Shown here piece after piece: positions 8,410-16,668 of a stretch of DNA of 64,000 bases (its first letter is position 1; the number at the start of each line of letters is the position of its first letter). This DNA is from Candidatus Kaiserbacteria bacterium. GTDB lineage: Bacteria > Patescibacteriota > Minisyncoccia > Phycocordibacterales > UBA2100. The notes below the pieces were generated by a model. That model saw nothing but the letters and a program-made list of their open reading frames with translations, ran no database searches and was not told the origin of the DNA. The position numbers and the translations under genes are program-made. The DNA lies in assembly GCA_016432285.1 (NCBI GenBank), contig CP066682.1, forward strand, positions 288,933-352,932. The letters run 5' to 3'.

Positions 8410-9129
8410 TTGCTTCCAGACAAGGATGACTTTCGCGCTGCGGCGATGTATACAGTCTCCATGGCGACGCAGTTCAACGACTGGTTCCGCACGCGCACGA
8501 CGCTCTTCTTGTACTGGGCTGTTTTCGCGCTCGTGCTTCTCGCCGCAGCGCTCTTCGCGCTTCGGGGCGATCTCGCCTCTGCCTTCGGGACGCTGCTGAT
8601 CCTCCTTCTCATGCTGGGGCCCACGATCCTGAAGCAGCGATATCGCCTCCATATTCCGTTTGCGCTCGATCTCGGAATCGTCGTCTTTATATTTCTCACG
8701 CTCTTTCTTGGCGGTATCGCCGAGTTTTACGACCGCATTCCGTTCTGGGACAAATTTTTGCACTTCCAGTCGGGGCTCCTTCTCGGCGCCGCGGGATACC
8801 TCCTCGTCTACATTCTCAACGAGCACGAGAAAATTCACCTGAATCTCTCGCCGGGGTTCGTCTCTTTTTTTGCGATCACCTTCTCGCTCGCGATCGGCGC
8901 GGTGTGGGAAATCTTCGAATTTGCGGGCGACCAGCTCTTCGCGATCACCTTCTGGCAAGGAGTCGGCGTGGCGGACACCATGTGGGATCTCATCGCCGAT
9001 GGGGCGGGGGCGCTCATCGTGAGCGTGAGCGGCTACTTCTGGATGTACCGGCACAAACGGCTGCCGTTCACCCCGTGGCTCTTCCGTTTTTTCTCCGAGA
9101 GGCTCAAAGGTGTCAGAGACGAGCGCTGA
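8410..9129 (+). CDS. polytopic membrane protein (uncharacterised)
   Basis: 239-aa ORF, about 6 TM. The start could be one of the downstream Met codons at 8446 or 8461. Confidence 0.55.
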   Translation: MLPDKDDFRAAAMYTVSMATQFNDWFRTRTTLFLYWAVFALVLLAAALFALRGDLASAFGTLLILLLMLGPTILKQRYRLHIPFALDLGIVVFIFLTLFLGGIAEFYDRIPFWDKFLHFQSGLLLGAAGYLLVYILNEHEKIHLNLSPGFVSFFAITFSLAIGAVWEIFEFAGDQLFAITFWQGVGVADTMWDLIADGAGALIVSVSGYFWMYRHKRLPFTPWLFRFFSERLKGVRDER

Positions 9130-9170
9130 TTCTCGGAACGACTTTTCCACAGGCTACGCACCATGCATGC

Positions 9171-9200
9171 TTGACGCCTGATACCCCCCGGGGGTATTAT
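9171..9200 (+). promoter_or_regulatory. promoter (TTGACG-18-TATTAT) overlapped by the 17-bp palindrome ATACCCCCCGGGGGTAT (CsoR-type operator)
   Basis: GC-rich perfect inverted repeat at 9181..9197 between -35 and -10. The csoR ATG at 9209 makes the transcript leaderless or nearly so. Confidence 0.6.
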
Positions 9201-9208
9201 GCGGGCAT

Positions 9209-9478
9209 ATGAGATCACCGATCAAGCAAAAGGCGCTGCGGCGCCTCAAGATTATCGAGGGGCAGGTGCGCGGGCTCCGGAGCATGGTGGAGGAGGAGAA
9301 GTACTGCGTGGACATCATTACCCAGTCCAACGCGGTCAAAGAGGCGCTCTCCGGCGTCGAGGATTTGGTGCTCGAAAATCACCTCTCGACCCACGTGCGG
9401 CACCAGATGAAGAGCGGGAAGGACGCGAAGGCGATCGAGGAGGTCATGAAGATCTACAAGCTCGCGCAGAAGAAATAA
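9209..9478 (+). CDS. csoR: CsoR/RcnR-family metal-sensing transcriptional repressor
   Basis: 89 aa. LRRLKIIEGQVRGLRSMVEEEKYCVDIITQ...HLSTHV matches the DUF156 metalloregulator pattern. Confidence 0.8.
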   Translation: MRSPIKQKALRRLKIIEGQVRGLRSMVEEEKYCVDIITQSNAVKEALSGVEDLVLENHLSTHVRHQMKSGKDAKAIEEVMKIYKLAQKK

Positions 9479-9587
9479 GTCTATGAAGACGCAACGGATT
9501 TTCTCTACGGTGCGTGTGGCGGGAGGGAGGTCGATCCCGGCGCAGTAACCGGATTCGTGAGGATTATCAAGTAACGAACAAAAAGGT

Positions 9588-9935
9588 ATGGATACGAAAT
9601 TGATTACAGGCATCGTCGGCGGACTGATCGTAGGCGCTCTCGCGGGCTTCTACCTCTCTCCCGGCTCGAGCTCGCAGAGCGCGAGCGGCATGACGAGTGA
9701 GATGAACAACGCAGGCATGATGATGCAGCAGGGCGGCTCGTCGATGATGCAGATGGGGCAGATGATGATGTCGGCTGGGCAGATGATGCAGCAGAAAGGC
9801 ACGCAGTACGAAGATTCGGAGATGATGCAGAGCGGCAAGGAGCTTGAGACGAGCGGCAACACCATGATGCAGCAAGGCAAGGAACTCTCGGACGAGAGCG
9901 GACCACTGATGCAGGGCATGCAAATGGGTCAGTAA
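9588..9935 (+). CDS. Met-rich membrane-anchored protein (putative Cu(I)-binding)
   Basis: N-terminal TM, then MMMQQGGSSMMQMGQMMMSAGQMMQQ-type repeats. About 25% Met. Confidence 0.55.
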   Translation: MDTKLITGIVGGLIVGALAGFYLSPGSSSQSASGMTSEMNNAGMMMQQGGSSMMQMGQMMMSAGQMMQQKGTQYEDSEMMQSGKELETSGNTMMQQGKELSDESGPLMQGMQMGQ

Positions 9936-9968
9936 GCGAAGATTACCAACTTCTTATAGAAAGCACGT

Positions 9969-10214
9969 ATGAACAGGACACTGAAAATTGGCGCGGCATG
10001 GACAAGTATCGCGTGGACTGTGTGTTACGTAGGTGTGGGACTCATTCCGCAGCTCCGCGACACGGTCCTCAACAATCTCGTCCACACAAATGTGCCCGTG
10101 GGAGCCAACATCTTTTCGCTCGGCGGTTTCCTCGCGGGCCTCGTTCTGTGGAATGTGATCGTGGCGGCGGGAATCTGGCTCTGGTTCTTCCTCGCGGCGC
10201 GGATCAAAAGCTAG
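9969..10214 (+). CDS. small membrane protein
   Basis: 81 aa with 2-3 TM. Inside the copper island. Confidence 0.4.
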   Translation: MNRTLKIGAAWTSIAWTVCYVGVGLIPQLRDTVLNNLVHTNVPVGANIFSLGGFLAGLVLWNVIVAAGIWLWFFLAARIKS

Positions 10215-10239
10215 CGAATCAGAAACTATCATCGAACGT

Positions 10240-10680
10240 ATGAGCACCACCCCAAAACCAGCACTCTTCGGGCTTCTTGCGAGTACATCGCTTCTTGCGG
10301 TGTACTTCGCGGTGCTCACGCTGGTTTCGGGGTGGAGCTTCGCGCAGAATCAGTTCGCAACCTACTGGTACTTCATCGTGAGCCTTGCGCTCGGTTTTGG
10401 AGTACAGATCGGACTCTACACGTATCTCCGCAGATTGCTTGCCGGCATGCACGGCGAAGGAAGGGTCGTGGGGGTAACGGGCACGACCTCGGCACTCGCG
10501 ATGATCTCGTGCTGCGCTCACTACCTCGCCAACCTGCTTCCGATCCTCGGCGCGGTGGGGCTCGTCACCTTCGTCGCGTCCTACCAGACGCAGCTTTTCT
10601 GGATCGGCCTCCTCTTCAATCTCGGCGGGACCCTCTTCATGGCAAACCGCATCCGCTCGTTCAAGAAAATGCACGTATGA
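10240..10680 (+). CDS. membrane protein with CC motif (uncharacterised)
   Basis: 146 aa, 4 TM, ISCCAHY in a helix. Confidence 0.5.
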   Translation: MSTTPKPALFGLLASTSLLAVYFAVLTLVSGWSFAQNQFATYWYFIVSLALGFGVQIGLYTYLRRLLAGMHGEGRVVGVTGTTSALAMISCCAHYLANLLPILGAVGLVTFVASYQTQLFWIGLLFNLGGTLFMANRIRSFKKMHV

Positions 10681-11138
10681 AAAACGCGTTGCTCTACATA
10701 AGCGTCGCACTCCTCGTCGGGCTCGGGATCTATGCGTTTGCAATACGCGGGCAGGAGAGCGCGGCGCCTGCCAGTGTGCAATCGAATGTGCTGGCGGAAG
10801 GCACGTGGGAGACGAAGACCAATAACGAGGCGTCGGTCACGGTGGCCGTAACGCCGCTCTCGCTGGGTGGGAGCGCTTCCGAGTGGCGGTTCAAGGTGGT
10901 CTTAGACACGCACACGGGCAGCCTCGACCGGGATCTTCTTGAAACGACCACGCTGTCAGACGGCTCAGGCGCGACCTACCGCGCTTCGCGCTGGGAAGGC
11001 GATCCACCCGGCGGGCATCACCGCGAAGGGGAGCTGACCTTCGAGCGAATCGACCCGACTCCTTCACGCATTACCATTCGTATAAACGATCTTGGCGGCG
11101 TCCCGGAAAGGACCTTGAGCTGGGACATCCAAAAATAA
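10677..11138 (+). CDS. secreted hypothetical protein
   Basis: ATGA start/stop overlap with the upstream gene. N-terminal TM or signal, beta-rich domain with GGHH. Confidence 0.55.
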   Translation: MKNALLYISVALLVGLGIYAFAIRGQESAAPASVQSNVLAEGTWETKTNNEASVTVAVTPLSLGGSASEWRFKVVLDTHTGSLDRDLLETTTLSDGSGATYRASRWEGDPPGGHHREGELTFERIDPTPSRITIRINDLGGVPERTLSWDIQK

Positions 11139-11139
11139 T

Positions 11140-11355
11140 ATGAATCACGATTGTTGCGGCGGCCACGAGAAGCACGAACACAAAGCTTCGACCGCAAGCG
11201 CAGAAACGTACACGTGCCCCATGCACCCCGAGGTGCAGAAGGACGAGCCCGGCTCGTGCCCGGATTGCGGCATGTACTTGGTCCCGAAGTCGGCCGAGGC
11301 AACCGGGGGGCACCACAAAAACGAAGGCGCGCACAAAGGCGGGTGTTGCTCGTAA
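11140..11355 (+). CDS. heavy-metal-binding-domain (HMBD, YxCPMHP...CPxCGM) mini-protein
   Basis: YTCPMHPEV...[11 protein letters not shown] core flanked by [11 protein letters not shown] and [16 protein letters not shown]. Confidence 0.7.
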   Translation: MNHDCCGGHEKHEHKASTASAETYTCPMHPEVQKDEPGSCPDCGMYLVPKSAEATGGHHKNEGAHKGGCCS

Positions 11356-11436
11356 ATCACACGGCTTCCACATTGTATGAACACGAAAATTCTATTGATA
11401 AGTACTCTGGGGATCGCGGTCGTCGCAGGCGCGGGC

Positions 11437-11543
11437 AGAAGATCGTCATGGTGACGCACGAGCTGGACGATCGGCAGTATGTCGACCGCACGATCTGGCT
11501 TGAGGACGGGCGTCTGGAAAAAGTCGAGGAGGGCGTGAAGTAG
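11437..11543 (+). pseudogene. C-terminal remnant of an ABC transporter ATP-binding protein
   Basis: Frame encodes ...GQKIVMVTHELDDRQYVDRTIWLEDGRLEKVEEGVK (H-loop/C-terminus) with no Walker A/B upstream. Confidence 0.45.
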
Positions 11544-11547
11544 GTCT

Positions 11548-12408
11548 ATGGATATTCTCACCAACGTATCGATCGTCGCGGCGTTCATCGCCGGAGTTGC
11601 GGCGCTCTTCGCGCCGTGCTGTATCACGGTGCTGCTTCCGTCGTACCTCGGCTCGGTCTTTCAGGAGCGCTACAAGGTCCTGCTCATGACGTTTGTCTTT
11701 TTCCTCGGCATCCTCGCGGTCTTTCTTCCCATCGGCCTCGGGGCCGCCGCGCTCGCGCGCTTTTTCAACACCTACCACAATTTCATCTTCACGCTCGGGG
11801 GACTCATGCTCTCCGGACTTGGTATCGCGCTCATCCTCGGCAAAACGTTCTCGATTCCTTCGCCGGTCTCTGCGCGCTTTGCTGGCACGGGCGCGCTCTC
11901 GATCTTTCTGCTCGGCGTCTTTTCGGCCGTGGCAACGACGTGCTGCGCACCCGTGCTCGCGGGCGTCCTCGCGCTCTCTGCGGCGAGCGGCAGTATCTTC
12001 TGGGGCGGCATCTACACCTTGAGCTACGTGCTCGGCATGGTTGCGCCACTCTTTCTCATCGCCGTCTTCCTCGACAAAGTGGATTTCACGGAGCGGTTCG
12101 CGACGCTGCATAAAACACGCACAGCTAAGATCGGGCGCTTCGAGTGGACGTTCAAACCCGCGGAGCTTGTTGCCGGACTCGTGTTCCTCGGGATGGGGAT
12201 CTACATCATCTACCTCGCGCTTGCGAATCAGCTCACCATGGAAGGGGGCTACCAGCTCGAGATCAATCTCTTCTTTGCCAACCTCGTACACTCCGTACAC
12301 CGCTACACGCAGACTATCCCAGAGATCGCGTGGGCCCTCTTCGTACTGGCTGCGCTTGTTCTCATCGCGTGGTTTTCCATTTATCAGTTTATTCGCATTA
12401 AAAAGTAA
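11548..12408 (+). CDS. CcdA/DsbD-family thiol:disulfide transmembrane electron carrier
   Basis: 286 aa. Cys pairs inside TM helices: FAPCCITVLLP and ATTCCAPVLAG. Confidence 0.7.
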   Translation: MDILTNVSIVAAFIAGVAALFAPCCITVLLPSYLGSVFQERYKVLLMTFVFFLGILAVFLPIGLGAAALARFFNTYHNFIFTLGGLMLSGLGIALILGKTFSIPSPVSARFAGTGALSIFLLGVFSAVATTCCAPVLAGVLALSAASGSIFWGGIYTLSYVLGMVAPLFLIAVFLDKVDFTERFATLHKTRTAKIGRFEWTFKPAELVAGLVFLGMGIYIIYLALANQLTMEGGYQLEINLFFANLVHSVHRYTQTIPEIAWALFVLAALVLIAWFSIYQFIRIKK

Positions 12409-12413
12409 TCGCT

Positions 12414-13001
12414 ATGGAAAATAGCTCAAAAACGTTCGTCGTCGTTGGTCTTATCGTACTTGCGGTCGTCATCGCGCTTGTCGCGCTCTTTAATACCAAT
12501 CCGTCCGGCGCGGCGCGTGAAGCAGGAGGAGTGGGCGCCGATCTCATCGGCGCGCCGCTTCCCTCGGTCACGCTCTACGACAAAGACGGAAAGGCGTACC
12601 CCATGGAAAGCCTCGCGGGCAAAAACGTGGTGCTCTTTTTTAACGAGGGCCTCATGTGCTACCCGGCGTGCTGGGACCAGATGACCGCATTCGGCGCGGA
12701 TCCGCGTTTCAACAGCGACGAGACCGTCGCCCTCTCGGTCGTCGTGGATTCCCCCGCAGACTGGCAGCAGGCTATCGCCAAGATGCCGGAGCTTTCGAAG
12801 GCTGCGACTCTCTTCGACCAGGGCGCCGCCGTTTCCCGGCAGCTCGGTGTTCTCTCGTACGGCTCGTCGATGCATGCTGGGCAGCTTCCGGGACACACCT
12901 ACGTCCTCCTCGACAAAGCGGGGATCGTGCGCGAGGTGTTCGACGATCCGAACATGGGCGTGAACAACGACGCGATCATGCAAAAGATCTCGGCCTTCTA
13001 G
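12414..13001 (+). CDS. Sco1/SenC-like thioredoxin-fold protein (CxxxC copper chaperone-like)
   Basis: N-terminal TM. VVLFFNEGLMCYPAC reads as CxxxC, with a downstream His (SMHAGQLPGHTYVLLDKAG) as in Sco proteins. Confidence 0.6.
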   Translation: MENSSKTFVVVGLIVLAVVIALVALFNTNPSGAAREAGGVGADLIGAPLPSVTLYDKDGKAYPMESLAGKNVVLFFNEGLMCYPACWDQMTAFGADPRFNSDETVALSVVVDSPADWQQAIAKMPELSKAATLFDQGAAVSRQLGVLSYGSSMHAGQLPGHTYVLLDKAGIVREVFDDPNMGVNNDAIMQKISAF

Positions 13002-13004
13002 TCT

Positions 13005-13400
13005 ATGAAAAAACTATTGAGCGTGCCGCCGATGACGCTGATTCGGATCGGCCTCGCGCTCGTGTTCCTCGCGAACTCGATCACGGCGTTCGTCTACCCA
13101 TCGGAATTTATCGAGCTCATCGAAGCGTCATTCGTCGCCGGTATTCTCGGTCTCGTTGGCGTCAGCCCCGCGCTCTTTGTCGTCGGGATAGGCTTCAACG
13201 ATGCGATCGTCGCCGCGCTGCTCTTCCTCAATAGAGGGAGAGTAATTGCTTCGGTGTGGGCTTCGCTCTGGCTCGTCGCAGTGCTTCTAGTGCGCGGCGA
13301 GCCTCTGGAGATCCTAGAGGAATCGGGCTTCCTCCTCATGGCGCTCGCGCTCGCGCAGGAGAGCTGCCGCGTGGTGCTCACCAGTGCTCGGAAACGCTAA
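13005..13400 (+). CDS. DoxX family membrane protein
   Basis: 131 aa, 4 TM. Begins LIRIGLALVFLANSITAF. Confidence 0.65.
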   Translation: MKKLLSVPPMTLIRIGLALVFLANSITAFVYPSEFIELIEASFVAGILGLVGVSPALFVVGIGFNDAIVAALLFLNRGRVIASVWASLWLVAVLLVRGEPLEILEESGFLLMALALAQESCRVVLTSARKR

Positions 13401-13428
13401 CGACGAGATATCCACATCCGCGAAGCGC

Positions 13429-13456
13429 TTGACATCATACCCCCCGGGGGTATCAT
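13429..13456 (+). promoter_or_regulatory. promoter (TTGACA-16-TATCAT) overlapped by a second copy of the palindrome ATACCCCCCGGGGGTAT
   Basis: Identical 17-mer at 13437..13453, 10 nt before the ATPase start codon. Confidence 0.6.
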
Positions 13457-13462
13457 AGCACC

Positions 13463-15700
13463 ATGACCAACAAACACGCACAACACGAAACGCATCAGAA
13501 AGGGAAGTCGAGCGCCGAAGAGAGCGCGATCTACACGTGCCCGATGCATTCGGAGGTGCGGCAGAAAGGTCCTGGCAAGTGCCCGGGCTGCGGCATGGAT
13601 CTGATCCCCGCCAGAACCCCTGCGGTCACCTCCGCGAAAGAGGGGACAAGCGAACATGCGGGCCACGATATGCAGGAGGTGAGTCACATGGATCACGAGG
13701 CCGCGATGACGAACCCGCAGATGGCAAAGCAGATGGAAGCCGACATGCGCCGCCGCTTTGTGATCTCGTTCCTGCTTTCGATCCCGATTTTCCTCTATTC
13801 GCCGGTGATGACGAGCTTTTTTGATATCACGCTCCCATCTCCGATTCCGGTCAACTGGCTGCTCTTTCTACTCACGACCCCGATCGTCTTCTGGACCGGC
13901 TCGATTTTCATCACCGGCACGTACTATTCGCTGAAAGCGCGGACCCTCAACATGGCGGTTCTCATCGCGACCGGCGTCCTCGCCGCCTACCTTTTCAGCG
14001 TGCTCCTTACCGTGGTGCAGCCCGAGGCGGAGACGTTCTACGAGGCGGCCGCGCTCCTCGTCACTTTCGTGCTCTTCGGCCACTGGATGGAAATGAAATC
14101 GCGCCGCGGCACATCTGACGCCTTGCGGGCTCTCTTTGATCTCGTCCCGCCGAAAGCACTCGTTGTTCGTGGTGGCAAAGAGATCAGCATCCCGAGCGCC
14201 GAAATCGTGCACGGCGATATCGTGGTCCTACGACCGGGCGATAAGGTGCCGGTCGACGGGGAGATCGTTGAGGGCGAGTCCTCCATCGACGAATCGCTCG
14301 TGACGGGAGAATCAATCCCTGTCGCGAAGAGCATCGGTGGCAAAGTGGTTGGCGGCTCGGTGAACCAGACGGGCACGCTGAAATTTAAAGCCACCGAGGT
14401 CGGCTCTGAAACCGTGCTCGCGCAGATCATCAAGCTGGTCGAGACCGCGCAAAACTCCAAAGCGCCCGGGCAGCGCATCGCGGATCGGGCGGCGGGCTGG
14501 CTCGTGGTGCTCGCGATCGGCTCCGGCCTCGCTGCCTTTTTCGGGTGGTACTTCGGGGCGAATGCGGGGCTTCTCACGGCGCTCACTTTTGCGATCTCGA
14601 CGGTGGTGATCGCATGTCCCGACGCGCTGGGGCTCGCGACGCCGACGGCTGTCGCCGTCGGCACAGGCATCGGCGCGAAGCACAACATTCTCATCAAGGA
14701 TGCCGCGACTTTGGAAAACACCTCGCGCCTCACCGCGATCGTGCTCGATAAAACGGGGACGCTGACGGAAGGCAAGCCGAAGGTAACGGAGATCGTCGCC
14801 GCTCCCGGCTACCAGAAAGACGATGTGCTTGCGCTCGAAGCGGCGGCGGAAAAGGGATCAAATCATCCGATCAGCGCCGCGATCCTCGAGGAAGCGCAGA
14901 GGCGGGGAGTTGCAACCGCGAGGCGAATCGAGAAGTTTGAGGCCATCGGCGGGCACGGCGTGCGCGCGACGGCAGACGGAAAAGTACTGCTCGCGGGCAC
15001 CGAGCGCCTCATGGAGACCAACAACGTCGATCTCTCTCCGATCAAGAAAGACATCGACCGCCTCCTTCAAAGCGGTAATACGATCAGCATTCTCTCGGTC
15101 GACGGCAAGGCGGCGGGCGCGATTGGCGTTGCTGACACGATCCGGCCTTCCGCTCGAAAAGCCATCGCCGCGATGAAGCGTTTGGGGCTCGAGGTAGCAA
15201 TGATTACCGGCGACCATACGGAAGTCGCGAAGGCCGTCTCGAGCGATCTTGGCATCGATCGCTACTTCGCGCAGGTCTTGCCGGAAGATAAAGCGAAGTA
15301 CGTCAAAAAGCTCCAAGACGAAGGCAAGTTCGTTGCGATGGTGGGCGATGGGATCAACGATGCGCCGGCCCTGGCCCAATCCGACATCGGGATCGCGATC
15401 GGCGCTGGCACAGATGTCGCAATCGAGACGGGCAATATCGTCCTCATGAAATCTGACCCGTACGACATCGTCGCGGCACTGAGGCTCAGTAAAGCGACCG
15501 TCGTCAAAATGAAGCAGAATCTTTTCTGGGCAGCGATCTACAACGTGCTGGCGATTCCCGTCGCGGCCGGCGTCTTCTACACCTGGCTCGGCTGGTCGCT
15601 GCGGCCCGAGATCTCAGCGCTTCTCATGTCGGCTTCTTCAATCATCGTCGCCACCAATGCAGTCTTACTGAAGCGCGTCGAGTCGAAGCTGAAGCTCTAA
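13463..15700 (+). CDS. P1B-type heavy-metal (copper) translocating ATPase, atypical CPD transmembrane motif
   Basis: 745 aa. N-terminal His-rich stretch plus HMBD (YTCPMHSEV...CPGCGMDL). Contains DKTGTLT and GDGINDAP. TM6 reads IACPDALGLATP (CPD, not CPC). TM7 has YN and TM8 has MSASS. Confidence 0.9.
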   Translation: MTNKHAQHETHQKGKSSAEESAIYTCPMHSEVRQKGPGKCPGCGMDLIPARTPAVTSAKEGTSEHAGHDMQEVSHMDHEAAMTNPQMAKQMEADMRRRFVISFLLSIPIFLYSPVMTSFFDITLPSPIPVNWLLFLLTTPIVFWTGSIFITGTYYSLKARTLNMAVLIATGVLAAYLFSVLLTVVQPEAETFYEAAALLVTFVLFGHWMEMKSRRGTSDALRALFDLVPPKALVVRGGKEISIPSAEIVHGDIVVLRPGDKVPVDGEIVEGESSIDESLVTGESIPVAKSIGGKVVGGSVNQTGTLKFKATEVGSETVLAQIIKLVETAQNSKAPGQRIADRAAGWLVVLAIGSGLAAFFGWYFGANAGLLTALTFAISTVVIACPDALGLATPTAVAVGTGIGAKHNILIKDAATLENTSRLTAIVLDKTGTLTEGKPKVTEIVAAPGYQKDDVLALEAAAEKGSNHPISAAILEEAQRRGVATARRIEKFEAIGGHGVRATADGKVLLAGTERLMETNNVDLSPIKKDIDRLLQSGNTISILSVDGKAAGAIGVADTIRPSARKAIAAMKRLGLEVAMITGDHTEVAKAVSSDLGIDRYFAQVLPEDKAKYVKKLQDEGKFVAMVGDGINDAPALAQSDIGIAIGAGTDVAIETGNIVLMKSDPYDIVAALRLSKATVVKMKQNLFWAAIYNVLAIPVAAGVFYTWLGWSLRPEISALLMSASSIIVATNAVLLKRVESKLKL

Positions 15701-15707
15701 CATTCAT

Positions 15708-16202
15708 ATGAACGAGATAGGTACGTTTGTACGGAACCCGCTCGCGCTCGCTGGCTTCCTCGTGCTCCTCGGCGCGTTCGCTTTCATTTTGCTACGCAAG
15801 CCCGCTCCGCCCTTTTCTGCGACGATCGGCTCGTGTCGCGTGGGAGAGGCGTGCCCGGGGGGCGCGCAATTGAGCAGCGTTCCAACCATCGAAAGCAACG
15901 AGCTCGTGGCTGCGCTTGAGGTGAAAGATTTTTTCTTCGTAAACGTTCACACGCCATACCAAGGAGAGATCGGTAAGACTGACGCATTCATTCGGTACGA
16001 CGAAATAGGAGACAATCTCGACAAGCTGCCGCAAGACAAAAGCGTGAAGATCGTTCTCTACTGTCAGAGTGGCCGCATGAGCGAGATTGCCGCAAAAAAG
16101 CTCGCGTCGCTCGGATACACCAACGTCTCCCACCTTAAAGGCGGCATGGTCGAGTGGGAGAAGGAAGGGTACGAACTCATCCGGGAGGGAAGCGCACGGT
16201 AG
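15708..16202 (+). CDS. membrane-anchored rhodanese-domain sulfurtransferase
   Basis: N-terminal TM. Active-site loop IVLYCQSGRMS. Confidence 0.75.
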   Translation: MNEIGTFVRNPLALAGFLVLLGAFAFILLRKPAPPFSATIGSCRVGEACPGGAQLSSVPTIESNELVAALEVKDFFFVNVHTPYQGEIGKTDAFIRYDEIGDNLDKLPQDKSVKIVLYCQSGRMSEIAAKKLASLGYTNVSHLKGGMVEWEKEGYELIREGSAR

Positions 16203-16212
16203 GAGTCAACGT

Positions 16213-16659
16213 ATGAACGTACGCATACACGCAGGACACATCGCGCGCACACCGGCCATACAGGAGCGCATCGGTTGGATCTGCACGCTGCTCGAGCGAG
16301 CGGCGGATCCGCGGGACCTCTTGCGGCTCTCGTGCGACATCACGCTCACGAAGATCTCCCGCGGCGCAGCGCGTGGACGCTTCCGAGCGACCATCTATTT
16401 TGCGGGGGCGGGAGAACCTTTGACCGCAACGGGTGTGGGCGAGACACCTGAGACCGCGCTCGACGGCGCGCATGATACGATCGAACGGCACTTCTCTCTT
16501 GTGCGCAGAGGGGAACTCGGCACCCGGAGGATTACGGATTTTGCGCGCCGCCAGAATATCGCCCGAAGAGCGGTGGAGCGCGCGAAAGAGCTTGCGAGAA
16601 AGAAGGCGCCATCGTGGAGGGTGACGAAGCGCCGCCGTTTCGGCGACGAAGAGCAATAA
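16213..16659 (+). CDS. ribosome hibernation factor (HPF/RaiA/YfiA family)-like
   Basis: AGGAG lies 8 nt upstream of the ATG. MNVRIHAGHIARTPAIQERI...ALDGAHDTIERHF follows the HPF pattern. Basic C-tail. Confidence 0.55.
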   Translation: MNVRIHAGHIARTPAIQERIGWICTLLERAADPRDLLRLSCDITLTKISRGAARGRFRATIYFAGAGEPLTATGVGETPETALDGAHDTIERHFSLVRRGELGTRRITDFARRQNIARRAVERAKELARKKAPSWRVTKRRRFGDEEQ

Positions 16660-16668
16660 TTTAAAAAT

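Noticed and set aside
5957-9150. Long minus-strand ORFs (5957..6808, 6420..7157, 7093..8007, 8230..9150)
   Set aside because: They are antisense to well-supported + strand genes. Their composition is Arg/Glu/Pro-rich low complexity, typical of GC-rich antisense frames. They have no motifs.
9199-9486. Alternative 95-aa ORF in another frame over csoR
   Set aside because: It is Arg/Gly-rich with no motifs. The csoR frame has the clear CsoR/RcnR signature.
11446-12300. 284-aa minus-strand ORF full of R/E/D
   Set aside because: It is antisense to the CcdA membrane protein gene. Its charged low-complexity sequence is a mirror-image artefact.
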